Below, in pieces: positions 39,215 through 53,299 of a DNA stretch of 64,000 bases. The first letter of the stretch is position 1. Each line of letters begins with the position of its first letter. The notes beneath the pieces were generated by a model that was not told where the DNA came from, searched no databases, and saw only the letters and a list, made by a program, of their open reading frames with translations. Position numbers and translations under genes: made by a program. Source of the DNA: Octopus vulgaris (taxonomy: Eukaryota); contig OX597828.1 of the NCBI GenBank assembly GCA_951406725.2, positions 60,140,001-60,204,000 of the forward strand. The letters are read 5' to 3'.

Positions 39215-39805
39215 TGAGCTTCTTTCAGTTTCTGTCTACCAAATCCACTCATAAGGCCTTGGTTGGCCTGAAGCTATAGTAGAAGACACTTGCCCAAGGT
39301 ACCACGCAGTGGGACACAACCCAGAACCATGTGGTTGGTAAGCAAGCTACTTACCACATTATTTTTTGCTTTTACTTGTTTCAGCCCTTTGACTGCGGTC
39401 ATGCTGGAGCACTACCTTTAGTCAAGCAAATCAACCCCAGGACTTATTCTTTGTAAGCCTAGTACTTATTCTATCTCGAACCACTAAGTTATGGGGATGT
39501 AAACACATCAGCATCGGTTGCCAAGCGATGTTGGGGCGACAAACATAGGCACACAAGCATATGCGCACACACACACACACATATATGTGAAGGACTTCTT
39601 TCAGTTTCCATCTACCAAATCCACTCACAAGACTTTGCTTGGCTCAAGGCTTTGCTTGGCTCAAGGCTTTGCTTGGCTCAAGGCTTTGCTTGGCTCAAGG
39701 CTTTGCTTGGCTCAAGGCTATAGTAGAAGACACTTGCCCAAGGAGCCACACAGTGGGACTGAACCCGAAAGCATGTGGTTTGTGAGCAAGCTAGTAACCA
39801 CACCG
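39215..39805 (-). mobile_element. Two adjacent SINE family 1 copies (5' half 39215-39357; full 39365-39805)
   Basis: Reverse complement of 28592-28973. Confidence 0.85.
39633..39717. repeat. Perfect 17-bp minisatellite x5 inside a SINE
   Basis: (ctttgcttggctcaagg)5. Confidence 0.95.
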
Positions 39806-40945
39806 TCACACAGGTAGAAATATAGGAAAAATAGAAGTTGAAAATGCACTGAGAATAGTTGGATTATTTTTTATTATTATATTTTGCTATCTTGCTTCTG
39901 ACTAGTGTTTGAAGCTTGCCCTATTTTTATATGGAATTCATGGCTCAAATTAGTGTATGTTTTGAATTTGATCGGTAGAGGATAGTCACATGACTGGTCT
40001 TAGAAATTTTTGCAGGTTCCTTGCTACATCCATGTGTTAGTATCAAGTGACAATGTTTAGCCTGACACAGTTGACTGAACAAGTCTAATGGTAGTACTAA
40101 ACAATCATTGCTCTGAATGTTTTCTGTCAAGTGTTTGTAGAGAATGAACATGTGATTAAACTTAGAACCTTCTGTATGTTTCTGGCTACATCCATATATT
40201 AGTGTCATGTGGAAGTATATTTTGTGCCTAAAATGAAAGCTGACATGGTTGAGTGAATATCTTTAGTTACAGTTGAGTTGGAATCAAGCGTCTACACAGT
40301 TTGTATACATGACACAAAGTAGATAATACTCAAGCAACAAAGTTTATTAATCAATGTATATTACTCACTTCAGCCCATATTGAATTTGATAGATTTTAAT
40401 GTGATGACTGCAATTATACATCTCACAGCTTAGCAATGAAGATTGCTAGTTATGCAATTATAAATTGATTGGTGTAGAGAATGGAGAATGTGAATCTGTA
40501 CATGTTTCGAAGCCAATCTGAACATGTGTTATAAAACTTAAAACTGTAACATATTTAGCTTACCTGTGAGTTACAAGTTATTGTCGAAATGAAAAAAGTG
40601 AAGAATTTGCCAACTTTGGCCACAATAGAATGGTGGGTGAAAACAAAGCTAAATTAAGTGACCAATGAAATTCATTATCAACAAATAAGCTGTATTAGAG
40701 AGAAAAGGGTGTGTTTTAAGGTGGTCAGTTTATTTAAAACGGAAAAGTATAGGCATTGGTGGGGTGCAGAGCAGTTGAGAGAATAAAGGAGATGAAAGCC
40801 ATCAATACAAGGCAATAAATTTGGAATTCTGATGCCAGGACAGCAATAGTAGAGATAAGAATAAAAGAAAGAATATGTGATTAAGCATGATAAAGGGGCT
40901 TATGAAGTCAAACTTACAAAGGCCATGATTACTAACATGTATATC

Positions 40946-42200
40946 TGTTGAGGTACCCAAAAGTAACCAAAAACATTCTCTGTGGGACAAGCCCATTGTA
41001 GCTCAGGTTTCTGACACTAGAAGCCACTTGATGTGACTCTCAGGCATCTGTCTGCCATCTGGCAGTGGCAGGTGATGTTATACTGCCACGTGGTGCATCT
41101 TTGTTTTGCAGTGCTTTTCCTCTGTTCATAGATGTTTGCAGCTGCATGCTTTTGTGAAATTCTGTTTTCTGCAGAAAACAGCAGCCGAAACAGTTGTCAT
41201 GCTTCAAACAGCTTACAAGGACATTGCCATGAGCAAAACACAAGTTTATGAGTGGTTCTCATGCTTTAGGAATGGTCACATGTCGCTTGAAGACTAACCT
41301 CATTCATGGTAACCATCGACCTTCTGAATGAATGAAAACATCACAAAAGTCCATGAACTGATCTTAAAAGACCATCACCAAACAGTTGATGAACTTGATA
41401 TGACTGGTCTATCCGGGAGCTCCTGTCAATGAATTTTGAGTGAGGAATTGCAAATGAATAGAGTTGCAGCAAAATTTGTGCCTTGCTTGTTCAAGAACAG
41501 TTGGAAGTTGATCTGGACCTGTTTTTTTTAAAGTCATCACAGGTGACAAAAGCTGGTGCTATGGCTATGACCCAGAAATGAGGCAGCAATCAAGTCAGTG
41601 GAAGCATTCAATGTCATCACACTCCCAAAAAACATGTCAAGTGAGGGCAAATGTCCAGACAGTGCTGATTTGTTTCATTGATGCGAAGGGAATTCTCCAC
41701 ACAATAGTTGTTCCTCCTGATCAAACTGTTAATCAGACATTTTACTTGACAGTTCTGAAGCATTTGTGAGACACATTGAGATGAAAACGCCCCAACCTGT
41801 GGCAAAGTGGAGTGTGGTAGTTTCATCATGGCAATGCGCTTGTGCACACTGCCTTGACTGTGAGACAGTTTTTGACCAAAAATGGCATGATCCTGCTTAA
41901 CTACTCTCCCTATTCACCTTATCTTGCTTCCTGCGACTGTTTTTGTTACCCTGAATGAAAAATGTCCTTAAAGGAAAACGTTTTGCAAATGTGGAAGAAG
42001 TGAAGAAAAAATGACAGAGGCATTAAAAGGCATCACTTCATAAGAGTTCCAGGACTGCTTTGAACAGCGGAAAATGTATCTGGACTGATGCATTGCTTCA
42101 AATGGAGAATACTTTGAAGGCGATAAACGTGTAAACATGTAAAACTAAGTGAATAAACTAATATTTCAAAATTCTGGTTTCTTTTGGGTACCCCCTCATA
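40946..42200 (+). mobile_element. Near full-length decayed mariner transposon (~1.25 kb)
   Basis: TIR ggtacccaaaagtaacca / tggtttcttttgggtacc. HTH KFCF..KTAAETVVMLQTAYKDIAMSKTQVYEWF; catalytic motifs TGDKSW, FHHGNA, PYSPYLASCD. Confidence 0.9.
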
Positions 42201-42740
42201 GTGCTGATGTGTATATGGAAAAAATTAATGAATGAAAAACAAAAGAATATATAAACATGTACATATTTTGTCAGAAACATAGGAGAAGGAAAGATCCAGA
42301 GAAGGGAAGACAGGAAAAAAATCGCCAACAGTACACACGAGGTCAATAGAGGTGTGTGTATATTCACTTTTCATGTGAAAATGACTTCACCAGTTACTTC
42401 CGTACTTATGATGCATGAATAATTACCTTGTGCACATGTTAGGCTCTTCATTTGATTTGATTTTATTAAAAATAAAAAAAATATTGCTTTATATTTATGC
42501 TTCACTTCTTTAAAAGGGTTTCTCAATGTCAGCTTCCGGTATGAACGTAAAAATGGTGAAGTCTCTCACTCAGTATTTTAATGTTTGCTCTTTGTAAACA
42601 ACTACAATAACTTACTGAAAGAAATATTTATTAAATTCACAAAGATAGTTTTTGATGTTTCTAGGTGCAAGATAGCTTTTAATGTGCTTTTATTTACACA
42701 ATTTTTCATTCTATGTTTATCTTATTCATTGTTTGCAATA

Positions 42741-42747
42741 CTCTCTC

Positions 42748-42801
<54 letters not shown>

Positions 42802-42830
42802 TCTGTCACACACACACACAAACACACACT
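42741..42830. repeat. (CT)n(CA)n compound microsatellite
   Basis: Seen directly. Confidence 0.9.
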
Positions 42831-42996
42831 CCAGGTTTAATTTTGTTTTGAACTTGCACACTTCATTAATTTCCGAAAAATGTTTTCTTTTTTGCATGTA
42901 TTTGTAGTCAATTATACATGCACATGTGTGTTTTTGTATGTATGTTTGTATACATTTACGTACATACATAAATACATATGCATACATCTTTTTTTT

Positions 42997-43031
<35 letters not shown>

Positions 43032-43399
43032 AAGAGAGTGTGATATCTAAGTAGCACTCTTTCTCTCACACACACACATACATACAAAAAAGGTGTATGC
43101 CTATTTATGCATGTACGTATACATGACAGCACATCTCTTCACTCGCTTTCTCTTTCTCTCTCACACACACACATGCACTCACGCATCCATTTCATCTGAT
43201 GTTTGATACTGTATATATATGTATCTGTATGTGTGTGTGCATGCATGTGTGTGTGTTTGGCATTCCACAATTGCCAGGAAAAAGCAGAGGAATTTTCTGT
43301 CTTGATGCTCTGGTGTTACCTTACCTCTCCAAGGTAAGATAACAAAAAAGAATTGCAGTTGCTCTACCATTTTCTGGCTTTGCTTCCACCATTCTCCCA

Positions 43400-44396
43400 G
43401 GAGGATGAAATTACCACTAAACCTGGTCACAAGTGACAGTCCAGTTTGTAACATAAGCAAAGATTCAGGTTCAGCAGAAGAGTTGTGCCAATGCCACCTT
43501 ATCATTTGGGATGAATGCACCATGTCACATAGAGGTGCAATGGAAGCTCTTGATTACACCATACAGGACATCAAAGGCAACAATAAATTTGTGGGAGGGG
43601 TTACATTACTTTTATCAGGAGACTTCAGGTAGACATTACCAGTCGTTCTGAGATGAACAAGATCTGATGAAATAAAAGCATGCATTAAGTCTTTGCACCT
43701 ACGGAATAAAGTACTGAAATTCTCCTTCAATACTAACGTGCCAGCTTCATTACAGGGGGTCCAATGTGCAATACAGTTTTCAACCTGGCTCCTCCAATCA
43801 GGAAATGGGAAAGTACCATTTGGTGGGAATGGTGATATCAGTTTGGTTCATATTGCTATCATGGTGAATTCCCTAGCTGAATTGAAGAACAGGGTATTGC
43901 CAGACTTAAGTTCCTTAATTCTCTTGAGCCCCCTGGAATTCCTTTTTCTGAAGGTAGGCGTCCCAATAATGCTGCTAAGAAATTTAGATCCTCCTAAATT
44001 ATGCAATTGGACAAGGTTGATTGTGAAGACATTATCACCTAATGTGACAGAAGCTACCATCATCACTGGATGTGCCTCTGGGGAAGAGGTTTCCATTCCA
44101 AGAATTCCAATCAAACCAACAGACAGAGTTCAAACAAACACAATTCCCAATGTGACTTTTCTTTGCAATGTCTATTAATAAAGCTCAAGGTCAGTGAAAT
44201 CTACTGGCTTGCTTTTCTCATGGTCAACTTTATGTTGGTTGCTCCAGGGTAGGTACTTAGCAAGACTTGTTTGTCTATGCTCCAAACTACAAAACAAAGA
44301 ATGCTGTTTAGCCAGAAGCTCTTACGTAATTTCCTTCAACATATGTTGTAGAATTTATTATCTCCTTTCATAAAAGTGGTAAATTTTGTATTTGCG

Positions 44397-44429
<33 letters not shown>

Positions 44430-44597
44430 GCATTACAAATTCAGAATTGATTTCCCAATTAAAGAATAAATTGTATCCCTAATGAAGAATAAATTGAATT
44501 TAGAATAACAAATTTCTATACAACATATTTTGTATTTTTTTCTTCCAATATATAAGGAAAAATTTTATTCCCAGGCAACACTGGGTGCCTCTGCTAG
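43400..44597 (+). mobile_element. Helitron 3' fragment (PIF1-like helicase pseudogene + terminus)
   Basis: IIWDECTM, LLSGDFR*TLPVV, LKVGVPIMLLRNLDPPKLCN, AMSINKAQGQ, FSHGQLYVGCSRV. Hairpin cccag..ctggg, then CTAG (44594-44597) followed by t. Confidence 0.9.
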
Positions 44598-45165
44598 TAT
44601 ATATGTATATATATATATTTAAATAATTAATACTGAAGACAAGGTGTACTAGAAGCTTTATTAAACATGGCAATCATTTTGGCTTACTTCTGCACTGCTC
44701 CCAAGTGGATGGGGAACAATATGATGGAATCAAATGCAGCCCACAAGACAGAAGAAACCTTGTTAGGTTACATAAGAGGCTTCGGTGTTATAAGATGTGT
44801 GACAGGATGATGTCAGTAGCATATGTGTGTTTGTAGTAGTTCACAAATACATTAATGAGGCAGGATGACTAGGGTATGTTCAAGGAGTGGTTGGTTAAAG
44901 AATACAAAAATCCAATGCAAAAAGTGAATGGGAAGGTCAGAATGGATTTTGAATGAAAAGCACTCTAAAGGTTGTGCTTTGATGGTTGGTCATACATGTC
45001 ATTCATGGCAACATGGTTAAGAATTTGGTTGCTATGTAACCTAATGTACACTGATTAACACTTAGGCATATATACACACATACATGTACACCTGCACATT
45101 TAATCTCATTTATACACATTCATGCCATTTAGTATATTTACACACATTCATCCATTTGTTTATGC

Positions 45166-45166
<1 letters not shown>

Positions 45167-45254
<88 letters not shown>
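45167..45254. repeat. (CT)n/(TA)n microsatellite
   Basis: Seen directly. Confidence 0.9.
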
Positions 45255-45257
<3 letters not shown>

Positions 45258-45474
45258 ATAATAACAATAATTCTTGGATGGAATTTATAAACATTTAATG
45301 CACTGTTATGCACATTTCCACAAATCGCATGTCTCTTAAAATCACTGTCTGTATACCTGAGTCTATCATAGTGTAGTCTGTAGTATCCATGGGCATTTGG
45401 GTAGATCATCTTCATAGATTCATTTCTTCAGGTAATATAACCTCCAAAACTGGTTCACCAATCAGTATCATTAG

Positions 45475-45840
45475 ACTGCGGCTGTGTGGTAAGAAGCGTG
45501 CTTACCATCCACATGGTTCTGGGTTCAGCGCCACTGCGTGGCACCTTGGGCAAGTGTCTTCTACTATAGCCTTGGCCAACCAAAGCCTTGTGAGTGGCTT
45601 TGGTTGGCAGAAACTGAAAGAAGCCCATCATATATATGTGTGTGTGTGTGTCTGTCTGTGTTTGTCCCCCCACCATCGCTTGACTACCGATGCTGGTGTG
45701 TTTATGTCCCCATAACTTAGCGATTCAGCAAAAGAGACCAATAGAATAAGTACCAGGCTTACAAAGAATGAGTCCTGGGGTCAATTTGTTCAACACCAGG
45801 CTGCAGTCAAATGACAGAGACAAATAAAAGAGTAAAAGAG
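45475..45840 (+). mobile_element. SINE family 1 copy
   Basis: ggctgtgtggtaagaagc..ggttcag..gcaccttgggcaagtgtcttc..gcagtcaaatgac. Confidence 0.85.
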
Positions 45841-46083
45841 ATATATATATATCTGTGCACAATCTCTCTCAGCCTTAGTTTTTTGCCTTAATTCTTCATA
45901 TAACTTCCAAATTGAAATCTCTCTAAAGCCTTAATTTTTGGCTAAATATTTTCATGCTGCCTTTAAAATAATACTTCCTTGATAGCAATGCATTTGCCCA
46001 TTCCCACCCCCACCACCAATACCGGAAATCCCCTCCTGTACTGGTGGTCTCCTGTATCATACCTGCAATCTCACCCCCTCCTT

Positions 46084-46115
<32 letters not shown>

Positions 46116-46434
46116 CCGTGACAACCAGATAGCAGCCCACTTACTGAATCTAACATTGGCATATTCATATTCATATTTTCTTTTATTTATATTTGTATCT
46201 GCAGCACCAGCAATTGACGATGCTCATATCACTTATACTTACAATGCTGATAACATTTACTCTTACCCCGAGTAACGGTAACAATTTTAACATGCTTGAA
46301 TGTTTGAATGATGATAGGTTAAAAGCAAGAACAACCAGTGTTGCATGTCTATCAAACAAACACAGAAACTTTCTTTTCAGGCACTGAATAACATCTCTCC
46401 TCCCCATGTTTCCTCCTACATCCCTTTCTCAGTT

Positions 46435-48066
46435 TTTAGAGTTGGTAATGTAAGGTAGGTCTACTGAGATTATAGAGATGCTTGAACGGAGAAATGTTGA
46501 TGTATGTAAGGTTGAGAGGAGCTTCAGCCAGGGTCCTCACAGGCAAGTCACATAGATATAATATCGTCTGGGAAGGTAACAGTGATGGAGTAGGTGGTGT
46601 AGGCATACTCCTTGCAGAGAAATGGGTGGATAAGGTCATAGAAGTAGTCAGGGTGTGCAATAGAGTGCTTAAGCTCTAGTCTTGTGGAGTAGTATAGCTA
46701 CAATTATCTCTGCCTATGCCCCACAAATGGGCCTACCAAGTGAACAGAAGGACCACTTTTATGATATCTTTCTACAAGCTACCTCAAAGACAAGTGACAA
46801 TGACCTCATTTTTGTGGCTGGAGATTTGAATGGGCACGTTGGATGGAAATCTGATATCTTCCATGGAACACCATTGAAGATACAATGGGGACCATAGAAT
46901 TGGTTCCCAAAACGAAGAGGGAAGTTGGCTACTGGAACTCTGTGATGCAAGCAACCTATTTATCTGCAACACCAACTTCAGGAAGCCAGCCAGCCACCTG
47001 ATAACCTATCAGTCAGGTGACTCTGCTATCCAGATTGATTTCATTCTCATCAGACAGTGGATAGCTTGGTTGCTCTTAAATACAAAGACTCTCCCTGGTG
47101 AAGAATGTATCCACCAGCATAGACTAGTTATTAGTGATTTAGACTTTAGGCCAGAAGGATGCTAAAAAGCAGACTAATCCAGAAAAAGGATTTGGCAGCT
47201 TGAGAACCCCTCACATGGTCAGAGATTTAGGGACATCCTCATTGAGAAATTTGATGAGTGGAATGAAGATATACAGATTTGTGACATAGAAGGCAACTAG
47301 AAATTCCTGTGTGACAGCTTACTCGGCGCCGCATACCAAATTTCTGGCTAGTGCAAAGTTCCTTCCAGACCTAGGGTAACATGGTGGTGGAATAATACTG
47401 TAGACAGGGCCATTAGAGCAAACAAACAAGTTTGGAAAACCTGGAAGAGCGAGGGTAGCAGGCAACTGTATCAGATAGCCAGAAGGGAGGCTAGGAGACA
47501 GGTATATATAGCCAAGGGAGAAGCAGAAAAGAAGTTTTGCCAATGTTCAGCTACGTGAGGACCAAAGGACTGAAGTATTTTGGATTGCACAACAGTGTGT
47601 GAGAGAAAATTGTGATGTCATAGGAGAGAAATGTGTCCACATGGATGATTGTGCATTTACATTTAATGAATCTGCAAAGACAGAGGCTTGGAAATGCCAT
47701 TATGAAAGACTGCTGAACGTGGAGAATGAATGGAAGGAGGAGAGTCTCCCAAATGTTGACCCAACTGAGGGACCAGATACCTGAATCGACAGTACTCTGG
47801 TAGATAAAGTAATTAAGGATATGAATACAAGGAAAGCCCCCGGCCCATCAGGAATCACCACTGAGATGCTTAAAATATCTCGTGGTGTGGCTTATGACCT
47901 AGTCACCCATATTGTAAATCAGGTGGGTCATGAAGAAGTCATACCCAATGACTGATGTAGCAGCACCATAGTCAGCTGATACAAAGGTAAACGTGATGCT
48001 TTAGGTAGAAATAACTGCAGGGGTATCAAAATGCTGGATCAGTTGATGAAGGTCATGGAGAGGGTT
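46435..48066 (+). mobile_element. RTE family A 5' portion (endonuclease to start of RT)
   Basis: GVGGVGILLAEKWVDKV, IISAYAPQMG, FVAGDLNGHVG, QIDFIL, QHRLV, WKCHYERLLNVENEW, KAPGPSGI, NCRGIKML. Confidence 0.9.
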
Positions 48067-48559
48067 TTATTGATTTTTAAAATAAGCTTTTTATAGAATG
48101 TTTTCTATATGGTGTGAATAATATCTTTCATCATTCAATTGTTTAATAGAGGTTTTTCTCTAAGTTATATACATACATACATGCATACATATATATATAT
48201 ATATATATTATATATATCCACACACAAACATACACATATATGAACACACTCTATACATATATAGATATATTTATAAACATTCACACAGATACACATGCAT
48301 ACATTCATGTATGCAAAATACATATATATGTAGATATAATAAATTACATTATAAATTAAGATGATTATTGCTCATTCATGAAAAATATATTCATTGTTCA
48401 GCAACTGAAAAAAAGGTTGGGGACCAGTAACAACAGTAACATATTCTAGTTGTTTCAATTTCTGTGTGTATATATATATATATATATCTTATGATAAAAG
48501 GCAGATTTTCTCTGCCTGTGACTATGTTTCTTTTTAATACAATTGTACAATATAGAGTT

Positions 48560-48968
48560 TTTTCAATTGGAATTTACCTATGATTTTTCGAAGTAGATTC
48601 GATTGGGTCATGGCATATTAATTTTTTTCAATTTGACCCCCAATTAAGCAAAAATTCGAGAAAACTAAATATTTTACGATTTGCCTCTCTCATATCAACT
48701 GCTTCACTCCTTCTATTACCACACTTTCTCCTACTTTCTCTTTGCAAGTGTACCTTAAACCACTACTAAAAAAAAATACACAGGAAACAGAAACAAATAA
48801 ATACATAACGATTTACTCCTCACACAATTTCTTCAATTGAAATTTACCTATGATTTTTCAAAGTACATTCCATTGGGTCATGGCATATAAATTTCTTTCA
48901 ATTTGACCCTCAATTAAGCAAAAATTCGAGAAAACTCAATATTTTACGATTTCCCTCTATCATTTCAA
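48560..48968. repeat. ~135-bp direct repeat (48560-48697 / 48831-48968), probably internal to a Helitron-like element starting near 48487
   Basis: Two diverged copies of ttcaattg.aatttacctatgatttttc..gggtcatggcata..aattaagcaaaaattcgagaaaact. Confidence 0.7.
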
Positions 48969-49104
48969 ATGCTGTAAGCTAAAAAAGTGTGTGTGTGTAG
49001 GAAGTGAAGGATAAAAATATGGCAAGAAGTGGACAGATGTACATATATACATACATACATGTGTGTGTGTGTGTGTATGTATGTGTATTAATGTGTGTGT
49101 GTTA

Positions 49105-49495
49105 TCTCTCTATATATAAAGCTGAAGTTGTCTGTATGCGCCAGGTTTAGTAGCCTTCAACTAACACTATCTCCTCCGAGACCCTGCGGCGCAAGTTGAC
49201 CAAAATTGAGAGTATGATAGAAGAAGGGTTGCTCTTCCTTCCGTACAAGATAAAATTCAAATCGGACCATGTTAACACCAAAAATTATTTACATCAAAAA
49301 CGTGCTTTTTTCTATGAAAATCCCTAGTTTTTACGATTTCTTCACTGCTGTGTCGCCACTTTTTGGTGTATTTCAACCAGAAAAATGTTCACTTGAAGAG
49401 AATAACAAGCTACATAATGCAAAATTTTTACTTTTCAAAAATTCCAATTCCAGCGGGTCGAAACAAACCCGAGCAATGCCGGGCAATACTGCTAG
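49105..49495 (+). mobile_element. Non-autonomous Helitron (391 bp)
   Basis: a|TCtctctatatataaa 5' end. 3' hairpin cccgagcaatgccggg, then CTAG|t. No TSD. Confidence 0.8.
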
Positions 49496-49614
49496 TATAT
49501 ATATAAATGTAGGCTCATACAAGCATACATGTGTAAGTACATAGCCATATGTATATATGCTCATACATGCATATATGAAAATTTGTGCATGCTAACTCTG
49601 AATCACATAGCCTA

Positions 49615-50005
49615 CATGTTGGGTTGGCCATATGATTCAGATGCCAGGTAGGCCTCTTGGACATCCAAAACTTTGTTTTCATGATCATTTCAAGCAGTTT
49701 CTCATTTTATGCAGTATCCCTCCCAATTGGTTGGCGCTCCTGGCTGTTAATGGGGAGGCCTGGAGAACCATGTGTGATACTGGTGATGTACACTTTGAAA
49801 CCAAACACAGGAGACTTTCTGAAGAGAAAAGGAGATATCATCATCAACCCCTTGTGGCTGTTGATCAGAGTCACTTTCAGTGCCCTCAGTGCTACAGTGT
49901 CTGCCTTTCTTGTATTGGTCTTGTCAGCCATGTCTGCTCCCATGAGAAACAATGTGCTGGAGGTGGAAGAGGATGAATGTCTTGGATTGCCTATGACTGA
50001 CAGTC
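49615..50005 (+). mobile_element. 3' end of a third RTE-clade LINE (family C) with C-terminal C2H2 finger
   Basis: GRPLGHPKLCFHDHFK..LAVNGEAWR..FQCPQCYSVCLSCIGLVSHVCSH (C-x2-C-x12-H-x3-H). Confidence 0.75.
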
Positions 50006-51150
50006 ATAAGCAAGTAACAAGTAAGAATGCTAACTACAAACATTTTCAAAAACAGAAAGCCCTTGTAACAGGATATAAAGATGGTTACAAAATAAGAAAT
50101 ATAGATAATATGAAATTAAAAGTTAGATAATATGAAAATAGAATTTAACAAGGTTTGCAAGGCATAAGTCTAGAATTATTAGGGTGGTGGTTGGAAAGAA
50201 ACACATCAAATATACTGCAGCAAAAAAATTTGATGATGTGAAAAAGAAGTGGGGAAAACACACTATAAAGTACCAACAAAAACCAAGTTATTTAAAAGAA
50301 TTTAGTTTTTTAAAAGATTAATAATGTTTGGTAAATCTTATATGGGCTATCCATATGGAATCAATTGACAGCACAAGATAGACTTAGGTGCATGTCTGCA
50401 GAAATTCAAGAGCTCTGTTTTGTGATTCATTGCAGATTTGTCATGAAATAGTATAAATTACTTTTTACTCAAGCACAATAGACATCTCATAGAATGTCAG
50501 TACAACCCCTGCCTGTAAGGATTAGCTTTCTCCAAAATGAATGGGGCAGAACCAGCTTCTTTTAATTGTCATATGTGCTTACCTAGGCTCATTACCAACT
50601 TTTCTCTGGATGTTTGAAGGAATTTCTGTGTGAGTAAAGTCTTGTTTTGAAGTTGTTTTGTGTGGTACTGATATAAGTTTTAATATATAGGGATGTTGTC
50701 AATCTGTACTTTAACCCAGTGTACAATGCCTTTAATTAGACAATTACCTTTTAAAGGACAGCTTCCAACATCTTTGAAATTACATTTAGGTTTGTCATCA
50801 CTTGTTAGGTTTATTAAGAATGGTCATGTTGTGGTGATTGACAAAAGAAGTAATGGTTTTGCAACAAGAGTAGCCTTATACACACACACATATATAATAA
50901 TATGAGGGAATATTATTCTAAACTTACAGGAAAAAATTCAATTTAGAAATACTAAATCAAATTTCACAAAATATAATATATATATATAAATTAGAAAAAA
51001 CCCACCTTTTCTCAATTCAATAATGAAAAAATTAAATTATACCATTTAGAAAAATTACATCTTATAGAAATATTAAATATAAGATAAAACATATACCAAT
51101 GATTAAGTAATGTGCAAAATAATAAATAAAATGTATATATTTGGTAGAAT

Positions 51151-51231
51151 AACTACACATGTTCCGTGGCTATATTTAAGAAATGATAATAGTAAAATCA
51201 CTTCAATATAAATATAGTCATTCTTCAGGTT
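51151..51231 (-). ncRNA. Hammerhead-like motif with long stem II (one core substitution)
   Basis: Minus strand reads AAC-CUGAAGA-[UGACUAUAUUUA...UAAAUAUAGCCA]-C-GGAA-CAUGUG-UA-GUU, with GAAA changed to GGAA. Confidence 0.55.
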
Positions 51232-51937
51232 AAAGGTAAAACAATAAAATAATTAATTAGATAAATTAATAATTATATGTATATAATCTTGTAAAATATG
51301 AAATATCTTAACAAATATATTGTTGTTTAAATAAAAAAAATATAATAAAAAACAAGATACAATTAATTAAAATAATTAAAACAAATATAAAATACAAAAT
51401 ATACATTAAGTGAAAATTAAATACTATAATTTAATCTATACTCATTAAGTAATTTATATTAAAAAACTTAATGTTAAGTAATATACATAATACTAGTACA
51501 AGCTATAAATATTAGAATTAAAATTAGGAAATGATTCAAATATATACACACCTACTATATAAACTATATTATTAATATATATGTAGTATCTATAGATTTA
51601 ATATTTTACTCAATTATATAGTTGACCAAAATATCAATTACTATTAAACTTATTTACTTAAATGTAATACTACATAATAAATAGACCACCTATTAAATAA
51701 TATATTATCTTACAAAACTATTTCTCAAATTAAATTATATGTAATACGTTAAATCACATTATAAAAATAATAATAAACATAATAAATAAATATACATATC
51801 ATAACTAATAATTACCAAGAAATTATATATAAATTAATATTTTAACAACAATAATAATAATAATAATCAAACATAATACAATTCAAAATTTATTTATTAT
51901 TTTGCACATTACTTAATCATTGGTATATGTTTTATCT

Positions 51938-52561
51938 CAGTGGTTCCCAAACTTTTTAGAGTCGTGACCCACTATTTATCACACCAGTTTATGATGACCC
52001 ACTTAACTCTACTGAGTAAAAACATTAATGAAATTAACAAATTTATTTCAGATTTCATTGGCTTATTGATTGCCTCCTGGTGATCACTCCTATACTTTTT
52101 AAATAATTCATAAACTTACTAGTGAAATCCATAATGTCTTATTTATTTAATTTTTTTGCTAGTTATATTAAATGTGAAACAAAACGTTTTATAACTGTTT
52201 CAACGTCTCTATACCCTATGTGTAAATACTAACACTAATACAAAACCTTGAAGTAGTAACTGTTATCGGCTCGATCAGTGTTATACTTCACCTAGTTAAA
52301 GTTCTCTATAAATAGGTAAAAACAGACCTTTCTTTTTTATGATTACATACGAATAAATAACAACCTCTGATTTGTTAAGTTCGTGAAAAAGCCTAATGCT
52401 TGATAAAACAACAAGTCTGGTATTGAAAACATAAGTCTTGAACTATCTCGATAGACAGCAGTTAATCAAAGCTAATGCGTAATTTTATAACTTTTTGCGG
52501 CCCACTAAGATTCCGTTCGCAACCCACAGATGGGTCGCGACTCATAGTTTGGGAACCACTG
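51938..52561. mobile_element. hAT (Charlie-like) MITE, 624 bp
   Basis: Perfect 16-bp TIR cagtggttcccaaact / agtttgggaaccactg. 8-bp TSD ttttatct (51930-51937, 52562-52569). Confidence 0.95.
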
Positions 52562-53299
52562 TTTTATCTTAATCTTTCTATAAGATGTAATTTTTCTAAA
52601 TGGTATAATTTATTTTTTTCATTATTGAATTGATAAAAGGTGGGTTTTTTCTAATTTATATATATATATAATCATTATTGTGGGATGGGGTGAAATGATT
52701 CAGAAGATTGAACTGGGTGAGTGGGCCAGGGAGACAGAGGTAAGTTCCATTAGAATGTGAGGAAAGATGGTTAGACAGGCTAGAAGTGACTGTAGTAATT
52801 GATGATGAGAGGTATAGGAGTGACTGGTGGGGTATAAAATCAGTGTTAAAGGCATGGCCAGAAGAAGATAATGAAGAATGGAAGCAGTTCTGGGGTGGGA
52901 AAAGAATGACGGTAATGATAGGAAGGAGATGTCATATGTATCTATTGTGCTTGCATGTGGTTATGGTAGTCAAATAACACCAGAGATAAAGCGATGTGAG
53001 AATGAGATGTAGGAGAAAGTGTATATACATATATATTTTTTTGTAGCTTTTAAATGAATCCACTGTGCTGGCTAGACAGGCAGTTTAGCTAGCTTCCGTG
53101 CCTAACAAATAGACTACATGCTTGCTTCAGTGAGACAGTCTTTGGATGGGGTCAGTAGTTTGACTGGATCTGCCAAGGCATGTGCCCTGCTACTATAGTT
53201 AACAAACATTCTGCAGGTCAGTCAAACTGCTCCATGGCAGTGGAGAGAAATCTGAATGGCTACTAAGAATAGTAGGTACCCATAGGCTGTCAAGGAATC

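Larger units (their letters stand above)
50988..52657. mobile_element. AT-rich element with ~140-bp terminal inverted repeats, carrying a hammerhead-like motif (Penelope-like)
   Basis: 50988-51130 is mirrored by 51890-51937 plus 52562-52657 (split by the hAT insertion). (TA)n at both ends. Confidence 0.65.

Noticed and set aside
43405-44252. Host PIF1 helicase gene
   Set aside because: It has stops and deletions, no introns, and a Helitron hairpin-CTAG terminus downstream.
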